Below are positions 46,169 to 55,593 of a stretch of 64,000 nucleotides of DNA, one piece after another (positions within the stretch are counted from its first letter, which is position 1; each line of letters starts with the position of its first letter). Origin of the DNA: Methanomassiliicoccaceae archaeon (GTDB lineage: Archaea > Thermoplasmatota > Thermoplasmata > Methanomassiliicoccales > UBA472); contig CAWGZX010000003.1 in NCBI GenBank assembly GCA_963827135.1, forward strand, positions 1,784-65,783, given 5' to 3'. The notes under the pieces were generated by a model, which was not told the origin of the DNA, made no database searches, and worked only from the letters and a program-made list of their open reading frames with translations. Both the position numbers and the translations under genes were made by a program.

Positions 46169-46261
46169 GGTGCCCCAACATGCCAGCAAAGAAAGGTAAG
46201 ACCATATCGGAGAAGATACTGTCCAACAAGTCTGAAGCTCGATGCCTTTGCCGGGGACATA

Positions 46262-47446
46262 GTGGACGCTGAGGTCGACTATGTCATGGTCAACGACGTC
46301 ACAGGGCCGATAGCCTTCAAGGAGTTCGAGGGGCTGGGATGCGAGCTGCACCGGCAGAAGGTGGTGCTCGTGCCCGACCATTACGTCCCGAACAAGGACG
46401 TCGCGTCCGCGGAGCAGGCGGCGGAGATGCGGCGCTTCGCCAAGAAATGGAAGGTCGAGAACTACTTCGAGGTCGGGCGCGGGGGCATCTGCCATCAGGT
46501 CATGATCGACGAGGGGTTCGTGGCCCCAGGGAGGCTAATCGTCGGAGCCGACTCCCATACCTGCACCTACGGCGCGCTCAACGCCTTCGCCACCGGCGTC
46601 GGCTCGAGCGAGGCCGCAGCCGTCTTCGCAGAGGGCAAGCTGTGGTTCAAGGTGCCGGAGAGCATCAAGGTTAGCCTGTTCGGGAAGATGCACCGCTATG
46701 TGATGGGCAAGGACCTGGCCATCAAGATCATCACGGACATCGGGGTCGATGGAGCGAACTACAAGGCCTTCGAGTTCGGGGGCAGGGGCTTGGCCAATCT
46801 CCCCGTCGCCGACCGTCTCAGCATCAGCAACATGGCCATCGAGGCCGGGGGCAAGGCGGGGGTATTCCCGGCGGACCAGGCCTGCCTGGACTTCGTCAAC
46901 AAGCTCGCAAAGGGCAAGTTCGAACCTGTAGCCCCGGACGAGGACGCGCATTACATCCGCGACCTGGAATACGACCTGACCCAGCTTGTGCCGATGGTGG
47001 CCCTCCCGCATCTGCCGGAGAACGGTAAGCCGGTGTCAGAGGTCGACGTAGAGATCGACCAGGCGTTCCTTGGCTCATGCACCAACGGGCGCATCGAGGA
47101 CCTTAGGGTCGCGGTCGAGATCCTGCGCGGAAGGCACGTCGCGCCCGGGGTGCGCATGATCGTCGTGCCGGCGAGCACCCGCATCTACCAGCAGGCCATC
47201 AAGGAGGGCTTGGTGGAGGAGTTCATTAGGGCCGGGGCTTTCGTCTCCGGTCCCACCTGCGCCGCGTGCCTGGGCGGCCACATGGGCGTCCTTGCCAAAG
47301 GGGAGAGGTGCGTATCGACCACCAACCGCAACTTCATCGGCCGCATGGGCCACAAGGACTCCGAGGTCTACCTCGCATCCCCGGCGGTGGTGGCGGCGAG
47401 CGCCATCGCGGGCAGGATCGTCGCACCAGTCACCATGGGGGAATAG
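46262..47446 (+). CDS. leuC: 3-isopropylmalate/citramalate dehydratase large subunit (aconitase family), 5' end frameshifted
   Basis: [18 protein letters not shown] and the CAACLGG cluster ligands. The conserved N-terminus MPAKKGKTISEKILSNKS is encoded from ATG 46180 in a different frame (see finding). Confidence 0.8.
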   Translation: MDAEVDYVMVNDVTGPIAFKEFEGLGCELHRQKVVLVPDHYVPNKDVASAEQAAEMRRFAKKWKVENYFEVGRGGICHQVMIDEGFVAPGRLIVGADSHTCTYGALNAFATGVGSSEAAAVFAEGKLWFKVPESIKVSLFGKMHRYVMGKDLAIKIITDIGVDGANYKAFEFGGRGLANLPVADRLSISNMAIEAGGKAGVFPADQACLDFVNKLAKGKFEPVAPDEDAHYIRDLEYDLTQLVPMVALPHLPENGKPVSEVDVEIDQAFLGSCTNGRIEDLRVAVEILRGRHVAPGVRMIVVPASTRIYQQAIKEGLVEEFIRAGAFVSGPTCAACLGGHMGVLAKGERCVSTTNRNFIGRMGHKDSEVYLASPAVVAASAIAGRIVAPVTMGE

Positions 47447-47449
47447 GCC

Positions 47450-47947
47450 ATGAAGGAATTACTGAAAGGAAAGGTGTGGCGCTTCGGGGACCACGTGGAC
47501 ACGGACCAGATCATTCCAGCGGAGAGGCTGCTCTCCGAGCTGAACGACAGGTTGGGGGAGTTCGCCTTCGAGAAGGTCAGGCCAGGCATGGCCGCCGATG
47601 TGGCGAAGGGAGACATCATCGTCGCAGGGCGCAACTTCGGATGCGGATCGAGCAGGGAGCACGCGCCGAGGGCGTTGCTGCAGGCGGGATTCTCCTGCGT
47701 GGTGGCGGAGAGCTACGCGCGAATATTCTATAGGAACTGTATCAATGTCGGGCTGCTGCCCATCGAGTGCAGGATCGAGGCCGATGAGGGGGACGCGCTC
47801 ACCATCGACCTCAAGGACGGGATGATCCGCAATGAGACCAAGGGCAAGGAATGGCCCTTCGCGCCCTTCCCGGCGTTCGTCAAGGAGCTAATCGACAAGG
47901 GTGGACTGATGGCTAAGATCAAGGAGGCCAAGAGATGTACAAAGTAG
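47450..47947 (+). CDS. leuD: 3-isopropylmalate dehydratase small subunit
   Basis: 165 aa. [26 protein letters not shown]. Confidence 0.9.
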   Translation: MKELLKGKVWRFGDHVDTDQIIPAERLLSELNDRLGEFAFEKVRPGMAADVAKGDIIVAGRNFGCGSSREHAPRALLQAGFSCVVAESYARIFYRNCINVGLLPIECRIEADEGDALTIDLKDGMIRNETKGKEWPFAPFPAFVKELIDKGGLMAKIKEAKRCTK

Positions 47948-49047
47948 CGGTATTGCCCGGCGACGGGATCGGGCCAGAAGTGGTGACCGAGGGGCTGAAG
48001 GTACTTAAGACCCTCCAGGCGCAATATGGCCTGGATTTCGATTTCCAGGAGATGGGGATCAATGCCGAGAGGTACCTGAGCACGGGCAAGCTCCTCACCG
48101 ATGAGGACATAGAGCAGCTAAAGGCCTTCGATGTCATCTTCCTAGGGGCGATCGGTGACGACCGCGTGCCACCTGGAATCCTAGAGAAAGGGATCCTGCT
48201 CAAGGCCAGGTTCGCCTTCGACCAGTACATCAACCACCGTCCGGCGCAGCTGTGGAAGCCGTTCGGACGATTGAAGCGAGAGGTGGACTTCAAGATCGAC
48301 GTTTATCGGGAGAACACCGAGGACTTCTATATCGGTGCCGGCGGGCGCATCAAGGAGGGCGCGTGCGAGCTCACCCTGGACATAGAGCGCGAGCTCTACG
48401 ACCTGAGCATCGACATCGAGGCCAACGCCTCCAACACCGACGATTACGCGTTCGAGATCGGCATAATGTCGAAGAAGAACATCGAGAGGTTCGCCGACTA
48501 CGTCATCGAGCAGACCAAGATGGTGGGCGAGAGGCGCATCACCGTGGTGGACAAGGCGAACGTGCTCTCCAACATATACCATCTGTGGCGCGAGGTATGG
48601 AACGAGAAGGGAAAGCAAGCCGGGATCGAGGTCCAATACATGCTTGTGGACGCGATGTCCATGGCCTTGGTCAAGAACCCGGACAAGTTCAGGATCGTCG
48701 CCATCCCCAACATGTTCGGCGATATTCTCACCGACATGCTGGCAGAGGTCACGGGAGGCCTTGGCCTAGCACCTGGTGGCAACATCAACCCCAAGGGGCT
48801 GAGCATGTACGAGCCCGTCCATGGAAGCGCCCCGAAGTACAAGGGCATGAACACCATCAATCCCACCGCGACCATCCTGGCCGCTAAGATGCTAGTGGAC
48901 AACATGGGGCGGAGGGACCTGGGCTCCAAGATCGAGGACGCGGTTCGGCGGACCTTCGACAAGGGCATCTACACCCAGGACCTCGGCGGCAAGGCCAAGA
49001 CCAGCGAGTTCGGGGACGCGGTGGTGGCCGAGCTAAGGAAGATGTGA
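47935..49047 (+). CDS. leuB: 3-isopropylmalate dehydrogenase family
   Basis: [41 protein letters not shown]. Confidence 0.9.
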   Translation: MYKVAVLPGDGIGPEVVTEGLKVLKTLQAQYGLDFDFQEMGINAERYLSTGKLLTDEDIEQLKAFDVIFLGAIGDDRVPPGILEKGILLKARFAFDQYINHRPAQLWKPFGRLKREVDFKIDVYRENTEDFYIGAGGRIKEGACELTLDIERELYDLSIDIEANASNTDDYAFEIGIMSKKNIERFADYVIEQTKMVGERRITVVDKANVLSNIYHLWREVWNEKGKQAGIEVQYMLVDAMSMALVKNPDKFRIVAIPNMFGDILTDMLAEVTGGLGLAPGGNINPKGLSMYEPVHGSAPKYKGMNTINPTATILAAKMLVDNMGRRDLGSKIEDAVRRTFDKGIYTQDLGGKAKTSEFGDAVVAELRKM

Positions 49048-49105
49048 AACACTTTCCCCCATCCTATTCTTCTTTCCTTGCTTACTACTGCTCGAGCTGG
49101 GCCTG

Positions 49106-50422
49106 TCAGCCCATCTTGTTCTCGATCCCCGCGCTACCCTTCCGCTTGGCCATCGCCTTTTTGAGCGTCGCGCCCATGAGCATGGATGTGACCGTCGCCA
49201 CCACAATTAAGGCGAGAAGATAGGGGGTTATCTGACCGGCCTCGGCCACGATAGTCACCAGGAGGATGGCCGATAGGGGGGCTCCTAGGACGAGCGCGAT
49301 CGCGGCCGCCTCTAGGCAGAGGACCGCGACGATCAACGGAACGCTGGGGAAGGCCATGTTCAATGCGAGGCCGATCATTGTGCAGCCGAAGAGCACCGGG
49401 AAGATGGGGCCGCCGAGGTAACCGCTCTTGAACGAGAGCGCCAGTAACACCAGCTTCAGAACACCGAAGAGCAGCAGCATTGCGACGCCGTACTTCGCCG
49501 GGTTGTTAAGGACGTCATGTATCTGGTCCTCGCCGGAGAACATCAGTTCGGGCAGGAAGTACGCTACCGCGGCGATGATCAGGCTGGCCAGGAATATGCG
49601 TAGCACTACCCTGTTGTCGAAGCGGGCCATTACCTTGCCGAAGAACTTGAAGCATGCGCCCATAAATAGCGCCAGGAAGCCCCCCAGGACGCCGAGGACG
49701 ATGGCCTCGACGATGTAATAGAGCTCCTTTCCTTCGAGCGGGGGCATAGGCACCTGGCCCAGGAAGGCGACGAACCCTAGGCCAGCATAGACAAGGAAGC
49801 CGATGACACCGGCCATCAGGGTCCAAGCCATCAATTCCAGGGCGTTCTTCTTGTTAGGGAGGAGCTCGACGGCGAAGACGGAGGTGAACAGCGGCTGTCC
49901 GATGATTCCGTTGTAGGCAGAAGCTAGCGCGGCCACGCTCAAAGCCAGGCTCCCTTCCTTGCTCTTGACTTTAAGCAGTTTCAGGAACCAGCTGGTAATC
50001 TGTCGGATAAGCGCTCCCAGGGCGCCTTCGGGACCGATGCTCGCTCCCGAAATTAACGACAGGTAGGCGGACGCCAAAGAACCAGGGAATTTCTTATATT
50101 CTGTCTCCGCCGCCCCGCTCTCCACCGACTCCGAGATATTGCCGTGGATGGCCGTCTCCGCTTTCAGGTACTTGACGCAGAGGCCGACCAGGACCGAGAA
50201 TAGGATCACCAGAACCGGCACTACCCAATGGTTGCTGGTGACGAATTCGCTGTCCCATATCAAGGCCGTTAGGTCGATCCAGACGACGAGGAACGGTATG
50301 GTGAATAGAATGGCCACCAGGGCGATGAAGAAGATCATCCAGAACTTCGGCCTCGGCCCGTTCGATGGCTGCCCGTCAGCAGATTTTTCCTCCCCGGTTG
50401 CTTCCCCACCAGACTGCGACAT
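49106..50422 (-). CDS. ClC-family voltage-gated chloride channel-like protein
   Basis: 438 aa, about 10-11 TM segments. GASIGPEGALG and GYLGGPIFP resemble the ClC selectivity motifs GxEGP / GxFxP. The assignment is moderate. Confidence 0.6.
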   Translation of the reverse strand: MSQSGGEATGEEKSADGQPSNGPRPKFWMIFFIALVAILFTIPFLVVWIDLTALIWDSEFVTSNHWVVPVLVILFSVLVGLCVKYLKAETAIHGNISESVESGAAETEYKKFPGSLASAYLSLISGASIGPEGALGALIRQITSWFLKLLKVKSKEGSLALSVAALASAYNGIIGQPLFTSVFAVELLPNKKNALELMAWTLMAGVIGFLVYAGLGFVAFLGQVPMPPLEGKELYYIVEAIVLGVLGGFLALFMGACFKFFGKVMARFDNRVVLRIFLASLIIAAVAYFLPELMFSGEDQIHDVLNNPAKYGVAMLLLFGVLKLVLLALSFKSGYLGGPIFPVLFGCTMIGLALNMAFPSVPLIVAVLCLEAAAIALVLGAPLSAILLVTIVAEAGQITPYLLALIVVATVTSMLMGATLKKAMAKRKGSAGIENKMG

Positions 50423-50534
50423 CTCTTACAGAATCCTAGGATTGTATCGGTTTGCGAACATAAGGCTTTGGCGGACGCTCGAGGCCGTCCCCGGAACATG
50501 ATCGAAGCGTCCTCGGTCGCTGATCAGATCTCCT

Positions 50535-51350
50535 TCAAGACCAGGCCAGGTAGCGTCCGTCGACCTTACGCAATCTCACCGGGACCTCGAACAGGGCGCT
50601 GAGGTTTTCATCGTTCATGGAGGTGATGTCCGAGTCCAGGAAGATGCGTCCGTGCTTCATCATCACCACTCTCTCCGCCTCAGGTGGTATATCGGAGGGG
50701 TCGTGGGTAACGAGGACCAGCGCCCTCCCACCCATGACCAGCTTTCTCATCGCCTTCATCACCAAGGACTTGCCGATGAGGTCCAGGGAGGTCATCGGCT
50801 CATCGAGGATGAGAGCCATCGGGTCGTTAATCAGTGCCCTGGCCATTAGCACCCTCCTTGCCTCGCCATTGGAGAGCGATGCCATTTCGCGGGTGGCTAG
50901 GTGAGAGGAGCCCACCGCCCTCAAAGCCTCCTCAGCCCTTAACTTGTGGTCCTCGCCCACCGCCTGTGACCTGTTGGTGCCAATAGAGCCGAAGGCGCCC
51001 GATATCACCGTCTCCAGGGCATCCATGTCCCTCCTGAGCTCCTGCTGGAGCTCGCTCGACACGAGGCCGAAGGCACGTCGCACATCGAAAAGGTCCCATT
51101 TCTCGCCTCCTAATATCCTTACCTGGCTCCCAGGCATGGAGGTGTCATGCCACCACTCCCCGGTCATGACCTTAATCAACGATGATTTGCCGGAGCCGTT
51201 GGGGCCGATAATGACCAACCTCTCCCCAGAATCGATGCGAAGGTCGACCTGATGAAGTATCTCCACCTTGCCCTTGCTCACGGCGACGTTCCTCAACTCG
51301 ATAATCGGAGTCCGATCCACGACCCGGTAGAAGTCACCCGATATTACCAA
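50535..51350 (-). CDS. Orphan ABC-type ATPase (ModF-like)
   Basis: Walker A GPNGSGKSS, signature LSNGEARR, Walker B LILDEP. WDLFDVRRAFGLVSSELQ recalls ModF-type proteins. No permease is adjacent. Confidence 0.75.
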   Translation of the reverse strand: MVISGDFYRVVDRTPIIELRNVAVSKGKVEILHQVDLRIDSGERLVIIGPNGSGKSSLIKVMTGEWWHDTSMPGSQVRILGGEKWDLFDVRRAFGLVSSELQQELRRDMDALETVISGAFGSIGTNRSQAVGEDHKLRAEEALRAVGSSHLATREMASLSNGEARRVLMARALINDPMALILDEPMTSLDLIGKSLVMKAMRKLVMGGRALVLVTHDPSDIPPEAERVVMMKHGRIFLDSDITSMNDENLSALFEVPVRLRKVDGRYLAWS

Positions 51351-51506
51351 TTTGAGGTCTGCTTGTTGCTCAGAAGCGTAACTTGAAGGCTAAACGATAG
51401 CCGGATGGTGGTCTCAGGGTGATTTCTTCGAAATCTCTCAGGCTTTGCGTATTCTAGGAAGGAAACGTATTAAGTCCCTCGCTTCGGTGCCAATAACACT
51501 TTCCAG

Positions 51507-52448
51507 GTGATCGATTTGGGGATTTACACCTCGAGGAACAAACTGATGACATTGGAGGCCGCCGCCGCCTTGGTAAAGGACGGAGATAAGGTGGCGATCG
51601 GTGGTGGGCTATGTTTACGTGAGCCAATCGCCATGTTGCGCGAGCTCACTCGCCAAGGTAAGAAGAACCTGCATTTCTGTGGGACGGCGCATGGTTTCGA
51701 CGTGGACTTCTCCTGCGGCGCGGGGATCGTTGGCACCGCGGAGGAGACGCACGTGTCCTTCGAACAGGACTTCGGCCTGGCGCTCAACTATAGGCGCGCC
51801 TGCGAGTCTGGCCAGGTGAAGATCCACGAGAACTGCTGCAACTCAATCATCCAGCAGTTCCGAGCGGCCGCCTATGGGATCCCTTTCATGCCCATCATGA
51901 GCGCCAAGGGCAGCGAAGAGACTTTGCTGCATCCTGAGTTCAAGCACATTATCTGCCCGTTCACTGGTAACGACCTGATACTCGTACCAGCCCTGATCCC
52001 GGACGTGGCGATCGTCCATGCCCAGAAGGCGGACATCCATGGCAACCTCAGGATCGAGCAGCCATACGTCGCGGACCTGCTCATGATCAGGGCTTCGAAG
52101 AACGTCATCGTGACCGCCGAGGAGATCATCCCCGAGGAGGAGATGATCAAGCTCGGGCCGAACGTCCCCTACTACGAGGTGGCGCATGTTGTGCACGTTC
52201 CCTGGGGAGCGCACCCGACCAGCTGCTATCCGTACTATGCGTACGACCGGGAGCACATATCCCAATACTATAAGATCACGCAGGAAGGCCCGGAAGCCTT
52301 CAAGTCAAAGTACCTTGACAAATACGTGTTTGGCGTGAAGAGCCAGGCTGAGTACATCGAGCTGATGGGCGGGAGCGAGAGACAGAAGAGGCTTGCCTCT
52401 TGGAAGAATGGCCGCGAAGCATGGATGGAGTTGTATAACTATGAGTGA
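51507..52448 (+). CDS. CoA-transferase subunit A (glutaconate CoA-transferase GctA-like)
   Basis: LEAAAALVKDGDKVAIGGG N-terminus typical of family I CoA-transferase alpha subunits. GTG start is uncertain. Confidence 0.7.
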   Translation: MIDLGIYTSRNKLMTLEAAAALVKDGDKVAIGGGLCLREPIAMLRELTRQGKKNLHFCGTAHGFDVDFSCGAGIVGTAEETHVSFEQDFGLALNYRRACESGQVKIHENCCNSIIQQFRAAAYGIPFMPIMSAKGSEETLLHPEFKHIICPFTGNDLILVPALIPDVAIVHAQKADIHGNLRIEQPYVADLLMIRASKNVIVTAEEIIPEEEMIKLGPNVPYYEVAHVVHVPWGAHPTSCYPYYAYDREHISQYYKITQEGPEAFKSKYLDKYVFGVKSQAEYIELMGGSERQKRLASWKNGREAWMELYNYE

Positions 52449-53283
52449 GAAATTCAAGGCAACCGTCGACGAGCTGTTCGTCTATAATGTGGCTAGGACG
52501 ATCAAAGACAGCACCTTAGCGTTCCACGGTGTATCATCGCCTATACCGATGGTGGCCATGTACTTCGCCAAGCTGACGCACGCCAAGGACATGGTTTACG
52601 TGGGAGGCGTTACGAGCGCCATCGACCCCAACCCGCCTTTCTTCCCGACCACCACCAATGACTGGACCATGATGCAGAATCGGACGGCGATGATCACCAT
52701 CGACAAGCTGTTCGACATGGCCCAGAAAGGTGAGCTCCATCGATCCTTCTTCAGCGGAGCCCAGGTCGACAAGTTTGGCAACCAGAACGTAACCATGATC
52801 GGGCGGCCAGGAAAGGTCAAGATCAAGCTGCCAGGGGGCGCGGGCGGATGCAACCTGTCAGGCGACTGCATCAATTACACCATCTGGACCTCCAGGCACC
52901 GAGCGCCGGCGAAAGGCGACAAGAGGATCTTCACCCTCGTGGACAAGTGCGACTTCGTGACCAACGTCGGCCACGTGACACCGTTCGGCACCAGGGAGCA
53001 GCTGAGGTTAGTGGGGAAGGGACCTGATTGGCTAGTGACCGAGCTGGGAGTGTTCGACTTCGACCCAGAGAGCAAGATCCTAAGGCTCAGGTACCTCTAC
53101 CCCGACATCACCGTCGACGAGATCCTCGTGAACACGCAGTTCAAGCCGGTGATCCATCCCGAGGTAAAAGTGATGGACATGCCGACGAAGGAGGACGTGG
53201 AGCTCATGAGGAAGATCGATCCCCTGAACGTCAGGAAGAACGAGTTCCCGCCCAAGGAGCTGGAGAGGCAGTTCTTCATCTAA
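52441..53283 (+). CDS. CoA-transferase subunit B (GctB-like)
   Basis: Start MSEKFKATVDELF at ATG 52441, overlapping the subunit A stop by 8 nt. Size and LPGGAGG region are consistent with a beta subunit. Confidence 0.65.
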   Translation: MSEKFKATVDELFVYNVARTIKDSTLAFHGVSSPIPMVAMYFAKLTHAKDMVYVGGVTSAIDPNPPFFPTTTNDWTMMQNRTAMITIDKLFDMAQKGELHRSFFSGAQVDKFGNQNVTMIGRPGKVKIKLPGGAGGCNLSGDCINYTIWTSRHRAPAKGDKRIFTLVDKCDFVTNVGHVTPFGTREQLRLVGKGPDWLVTELGVFDFDPESKILRLRYLYPDITVDEILVNTQFKPVIHPEVKVMDMPTKEDVELMRKIDPLNVRKNEFPPKELERQFFI

Positions 53284-53292
53284 GGGGGACTG

Positions 53293-54705
53293 ATGGTTGA
53301 TCCGCGGATAGACGCCATATTCAACCCCAAGACCGTCGCATTGGTCGGCGCCTCGGGCGAGGAGGGGAAGATGGGGCACATCTTCGCCAAGAACCTCCTC
53401 TCGGGATATCAGGGCAAGGTGTACCTGATAAATCCTAAGGGAGGTAAGATCCTCGCTCACGACGCTTACCAATCCATCAAGGACTTGCCAGAGGCGATCG
53501 ATCTAGCTGTGATCACAATTCCGGCCAAAGCCGTTCCCGCGGCCATGAAGGAGCTGGCGGAGAAGGGGACCAAGTCTGCAGTGGTGATTACCGCGGGCTT
53601 CAGCGAGGCCGGGCCAGAAGGAAAGGCGCTGGAGCAGGCGATGATGGAAGAGGCCAACAAAGGCCACATCAAGGTCGTCGGCCCCAACTGCTTCGGCGTC
53701 TACAACTGCAACATCGGCCTGAACGCGTCCATGGGAATAGGCACCCCGGACCCAGGCGGGGATATCTCCCTGCTCACCCAGTCGGGTGCATATGGCATGG
53801 CCATCTTTACCTTCGCCACAGACAATCAGATGAGATTCGCCAAGGTCATGGCCCATGGCAACAAAGCAGGGATCGAGGACTATGAGGTCCTCAGGTACCT
53901 GGGCCATGATGCGGAGACCAAGGTCATATGCCTATTCCTAGAGTCAGTGGACAAAGGGAGGGAGTTCTTCGAGGAAGCGAAACTGGTCGCCTTGAGGAAA
54001 CCCATCATCGCCACCAAGACCGGCCGAACCGCTAGTGCCGCTCGGGCCGCGGCCTCGCACACCGCCGCCATTGCTGGTTCATTCACCGCATATGAAGCAG
54101 CTTTCAAGCAATCGGGGATCATCTTCGCTCGGAATGGTATGGACCTGGTTAACATCGCTAAGGGGGTGGATTGGCAGCCCCTCCCGAAAGGAAAGAGGGT
54201 GGGCATAATCACCAATTCAGGTGGGACTGGAGTGGAGCTGGCTGACCTTTGCGAGGAGAATGGCCTAGAGGTCCCGGAGTTCTCGAAGGGTCTGAGGGAG
54301 AACATCGAGAGCCTGATACCTGCGTACGCGAGCGCCAGGAACCCAGTGGACATGACCCCTATTTGGCCGAAGTACTCCGAGCTATATTCCAAGATCACGA
54401 GGATCTTACATGAGAGTGACGAGGTCGACATCATAGCCCCCATCGTCCTTCAAAGGGCAGCCCTGATGCCCGAAGTGTGTGCCGGATTGGCGGAAGCGGT
54501 CAATGACTGCCTATCGTCGGGATCCAAGAAGCCGACCTATGTCTGCTGGGTGTCCACCCGGGACGGTCTCAAGAACATGGACATACTCCAAAGGAAGCGT
54601 GTACCTTGCTACGACTGGCCAGAGCGAACCGCAAGAGCTGTGGGGGCTATCTCCCACTACTGCGAATTTCTGAGGTCTAGAGGTATGAAGCCTGATAGGA
54701 TGTGA
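53293..54705 (+). CDS. ADP-forming acyl-CoA synthetase, alpha subunit (CoA-binding + ligase-CoA domains)
   Basis: FNPKTVALVGASGEEGKMGH, VVITAGFSE, and the phospho-His region AASHTAAIAG. 470 aa, as in archaeal ACD alpha subunits. Confidence 0.8.
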   Translation: MVDPRIDAIFNPKTVALVGASGEEGKMGHIFAKNLLSGYQGKVYLINPKGGKILAHDAYQSIKDLPEAIDLAVITIPAKAVPAAMKELAEKGTKSAVVITAGFSEAGPEGKALEQAMMEEANKGHIKVVGPNCFGVYNCNIGLNASMGIGTPDPGGDISLLTQSGAYGMAIFTFATDNQMRFAKVMAHGNKAGIEDYEVLRYLGHDAETKVICLFLESVDKGREFFEEAKLVALRKPIIATKTGRTASAARAAASHTAAIAGSFTAYEAAFKQSGIIFARNGMDLVNIAKGVDWQPLPKGKRVGIITNSGGTGVELADLCEENGLEVPEFSKGLRENIESLIPAYASARNPVDMTPIWPKYSELYSKITRILHESDEVDIIAPIVLQRAALMPEVCAGLAEAVNDCLSSGSKKPTYVCWVSTRDGLKNMDILQRKRVPCYDWPERTARAVGAISHYCEFLRSRGMKPDRM

Positions 54706-54709
54706 GACA

Positions 54710-55399
54710 ATGAGGCCCAAGGCGTCAGAAGTGATCGAGAGAGCCCGGGCGGAAGGGAGGAGATACATCTTGGAGCCTGAGGCCAAGAAGATCCTTAGCG
54801 CCTACGACGTCCCCGTGACCAACGAGGCGATGTGCACCTCGCCCGAGGAGGCTTTGATCGTGGCGGAGAGGATAGGATATCCAGTGGCGATGAAGGTGGT
54901 ATCGCCTCAGGTGGTGCACAAGACCGAGTTCAAAGCTGTCTGCCTGAACGTACGTAACGAGAAGGACGTCTCGGAGATTTATCGTTCCTTCGAGCAAGAG
55001 TCGATGCGGGCGAACTTCGACCTCACTGGCGTGCTGGTCTCAGAGATGGCCCATGGCCAGGAGATGATCATCGGCTCGACCAAGGACCCACAGTTCGGGC
55101 ATTTGATCATGCTTGGGATGGGCGGGATATCGGTGGAGGTCTACAAGGACGTATCCTATCGTCTGGTGCCATTGAACGAACAGGACGTGAAGGATATGCT
55201 CTCCGAGATCAAGGGAGCGAAGCTACTATATGGCTTCCGAGGGAGAGAGAGGGCTAACATCCATTCCCTCACCAATGCGCTTATCAAGGTCTCCAACATG
55301 CTCATGGAGATCGCAGAGATCGCGGAAATGGACCTGAACCCCATTTTCGTTAGCCACGAGGGAGTAAAAGTAGCTGACGCTAGATTGCTTCTTTCCTGA
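54710..55399 (+). CDS. ADP-forming acyl-CoA synthetase, beta subunit (ATP-grasp)
   Basis: 229 aa. EPEAKKILSAYDVPV, GYPVAMKVVSPQVVHKTE, DLNPIF. Confidence 0.8.
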   Translation: MRPKASEVIERARAEGRRYILEPEAKKILSAYDVPVTNEAMCTSPEEALIVAERIGYPVAMKVVSPQVVHKTEFKAVCLNVRNEKDVSEIYRSFEQESMRANFDLTGVLVSEMAHGQEMIIGSTKDPQFGHLIMLGMGGISVEVYKDVSYRLVPLNEQDVKDMLSEIKGAKLLYGFRGRERANIHSLTNALIKVSNMLMEIAEIAEMDLNPIFVSHEGVKVADARLLLS

Positions 55400-55547
55400 A
55401 GGCTGCTGGGCGTTGGTTTTAATTTCATTTTCTTTGTGAAAGAATGTAGTTACAGAAACGGACTCCTTCTAGTTTACATACAAAAGTCGTGATAATTATT
55501 GAGATTTGCGATGGAAAGTGTTATAAGTACAGCACACCCAAGGGACT

Positions 55548-55580
55548 CCAGAACGACATCATTTTTTAGGTTCGTTCTGG
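55548..55580 (+). promoter_or_regulatory. 9-bp perfect inverted repeat abutting the Shine-Dalgarno of the first methyltransferase gene
   Basis: CCAGAACGA (55548-55556) / TCGTTCTGG (55572-55580) with a 15-nt T-rich spacer. The right arm runs into GGGGAGAG, 8 nt before ATG 55594. TTATAAGT lies about 25 nt upstream of the left arm. Confidence 0.35.
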
Positions 55581-55593
55581 GGAGAGAACACAT

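Noticed and set aside
46180-46270. Programmed +1 ribosomal frameshifting at the leuC 5' end.
   Set aside because: No slippery or rare-codon-plus-stop context of the known +1 type is seen at the junction. A sequencing error or mutation is more parsimonious.
50423-50534. A fluoride (crcB-motif) riboswitch upstream of the ClC-like channel.
   Set aside because: The minus-strand leader contains AAACCG, but lacks the flanking conserved GGnGAUG and CUGAUGA...CCU elements as I remember them. A covariance-model scan would be needed to settle this.
51427-51438. The 12-mer TTCGAAATCTCT is shared by the leader of the CoA-transferase operon (51427-51438) and the region upstream of methyltransferase b (59445-59456). 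It could be a common operator.
   Set aside because: A 12-nt match between two of the window's intergenic regions (about 5 kb in total) is expected by chance roughly once. There is no second half-site and no copy upstream of methyltransferase a. It is kept only as a note.
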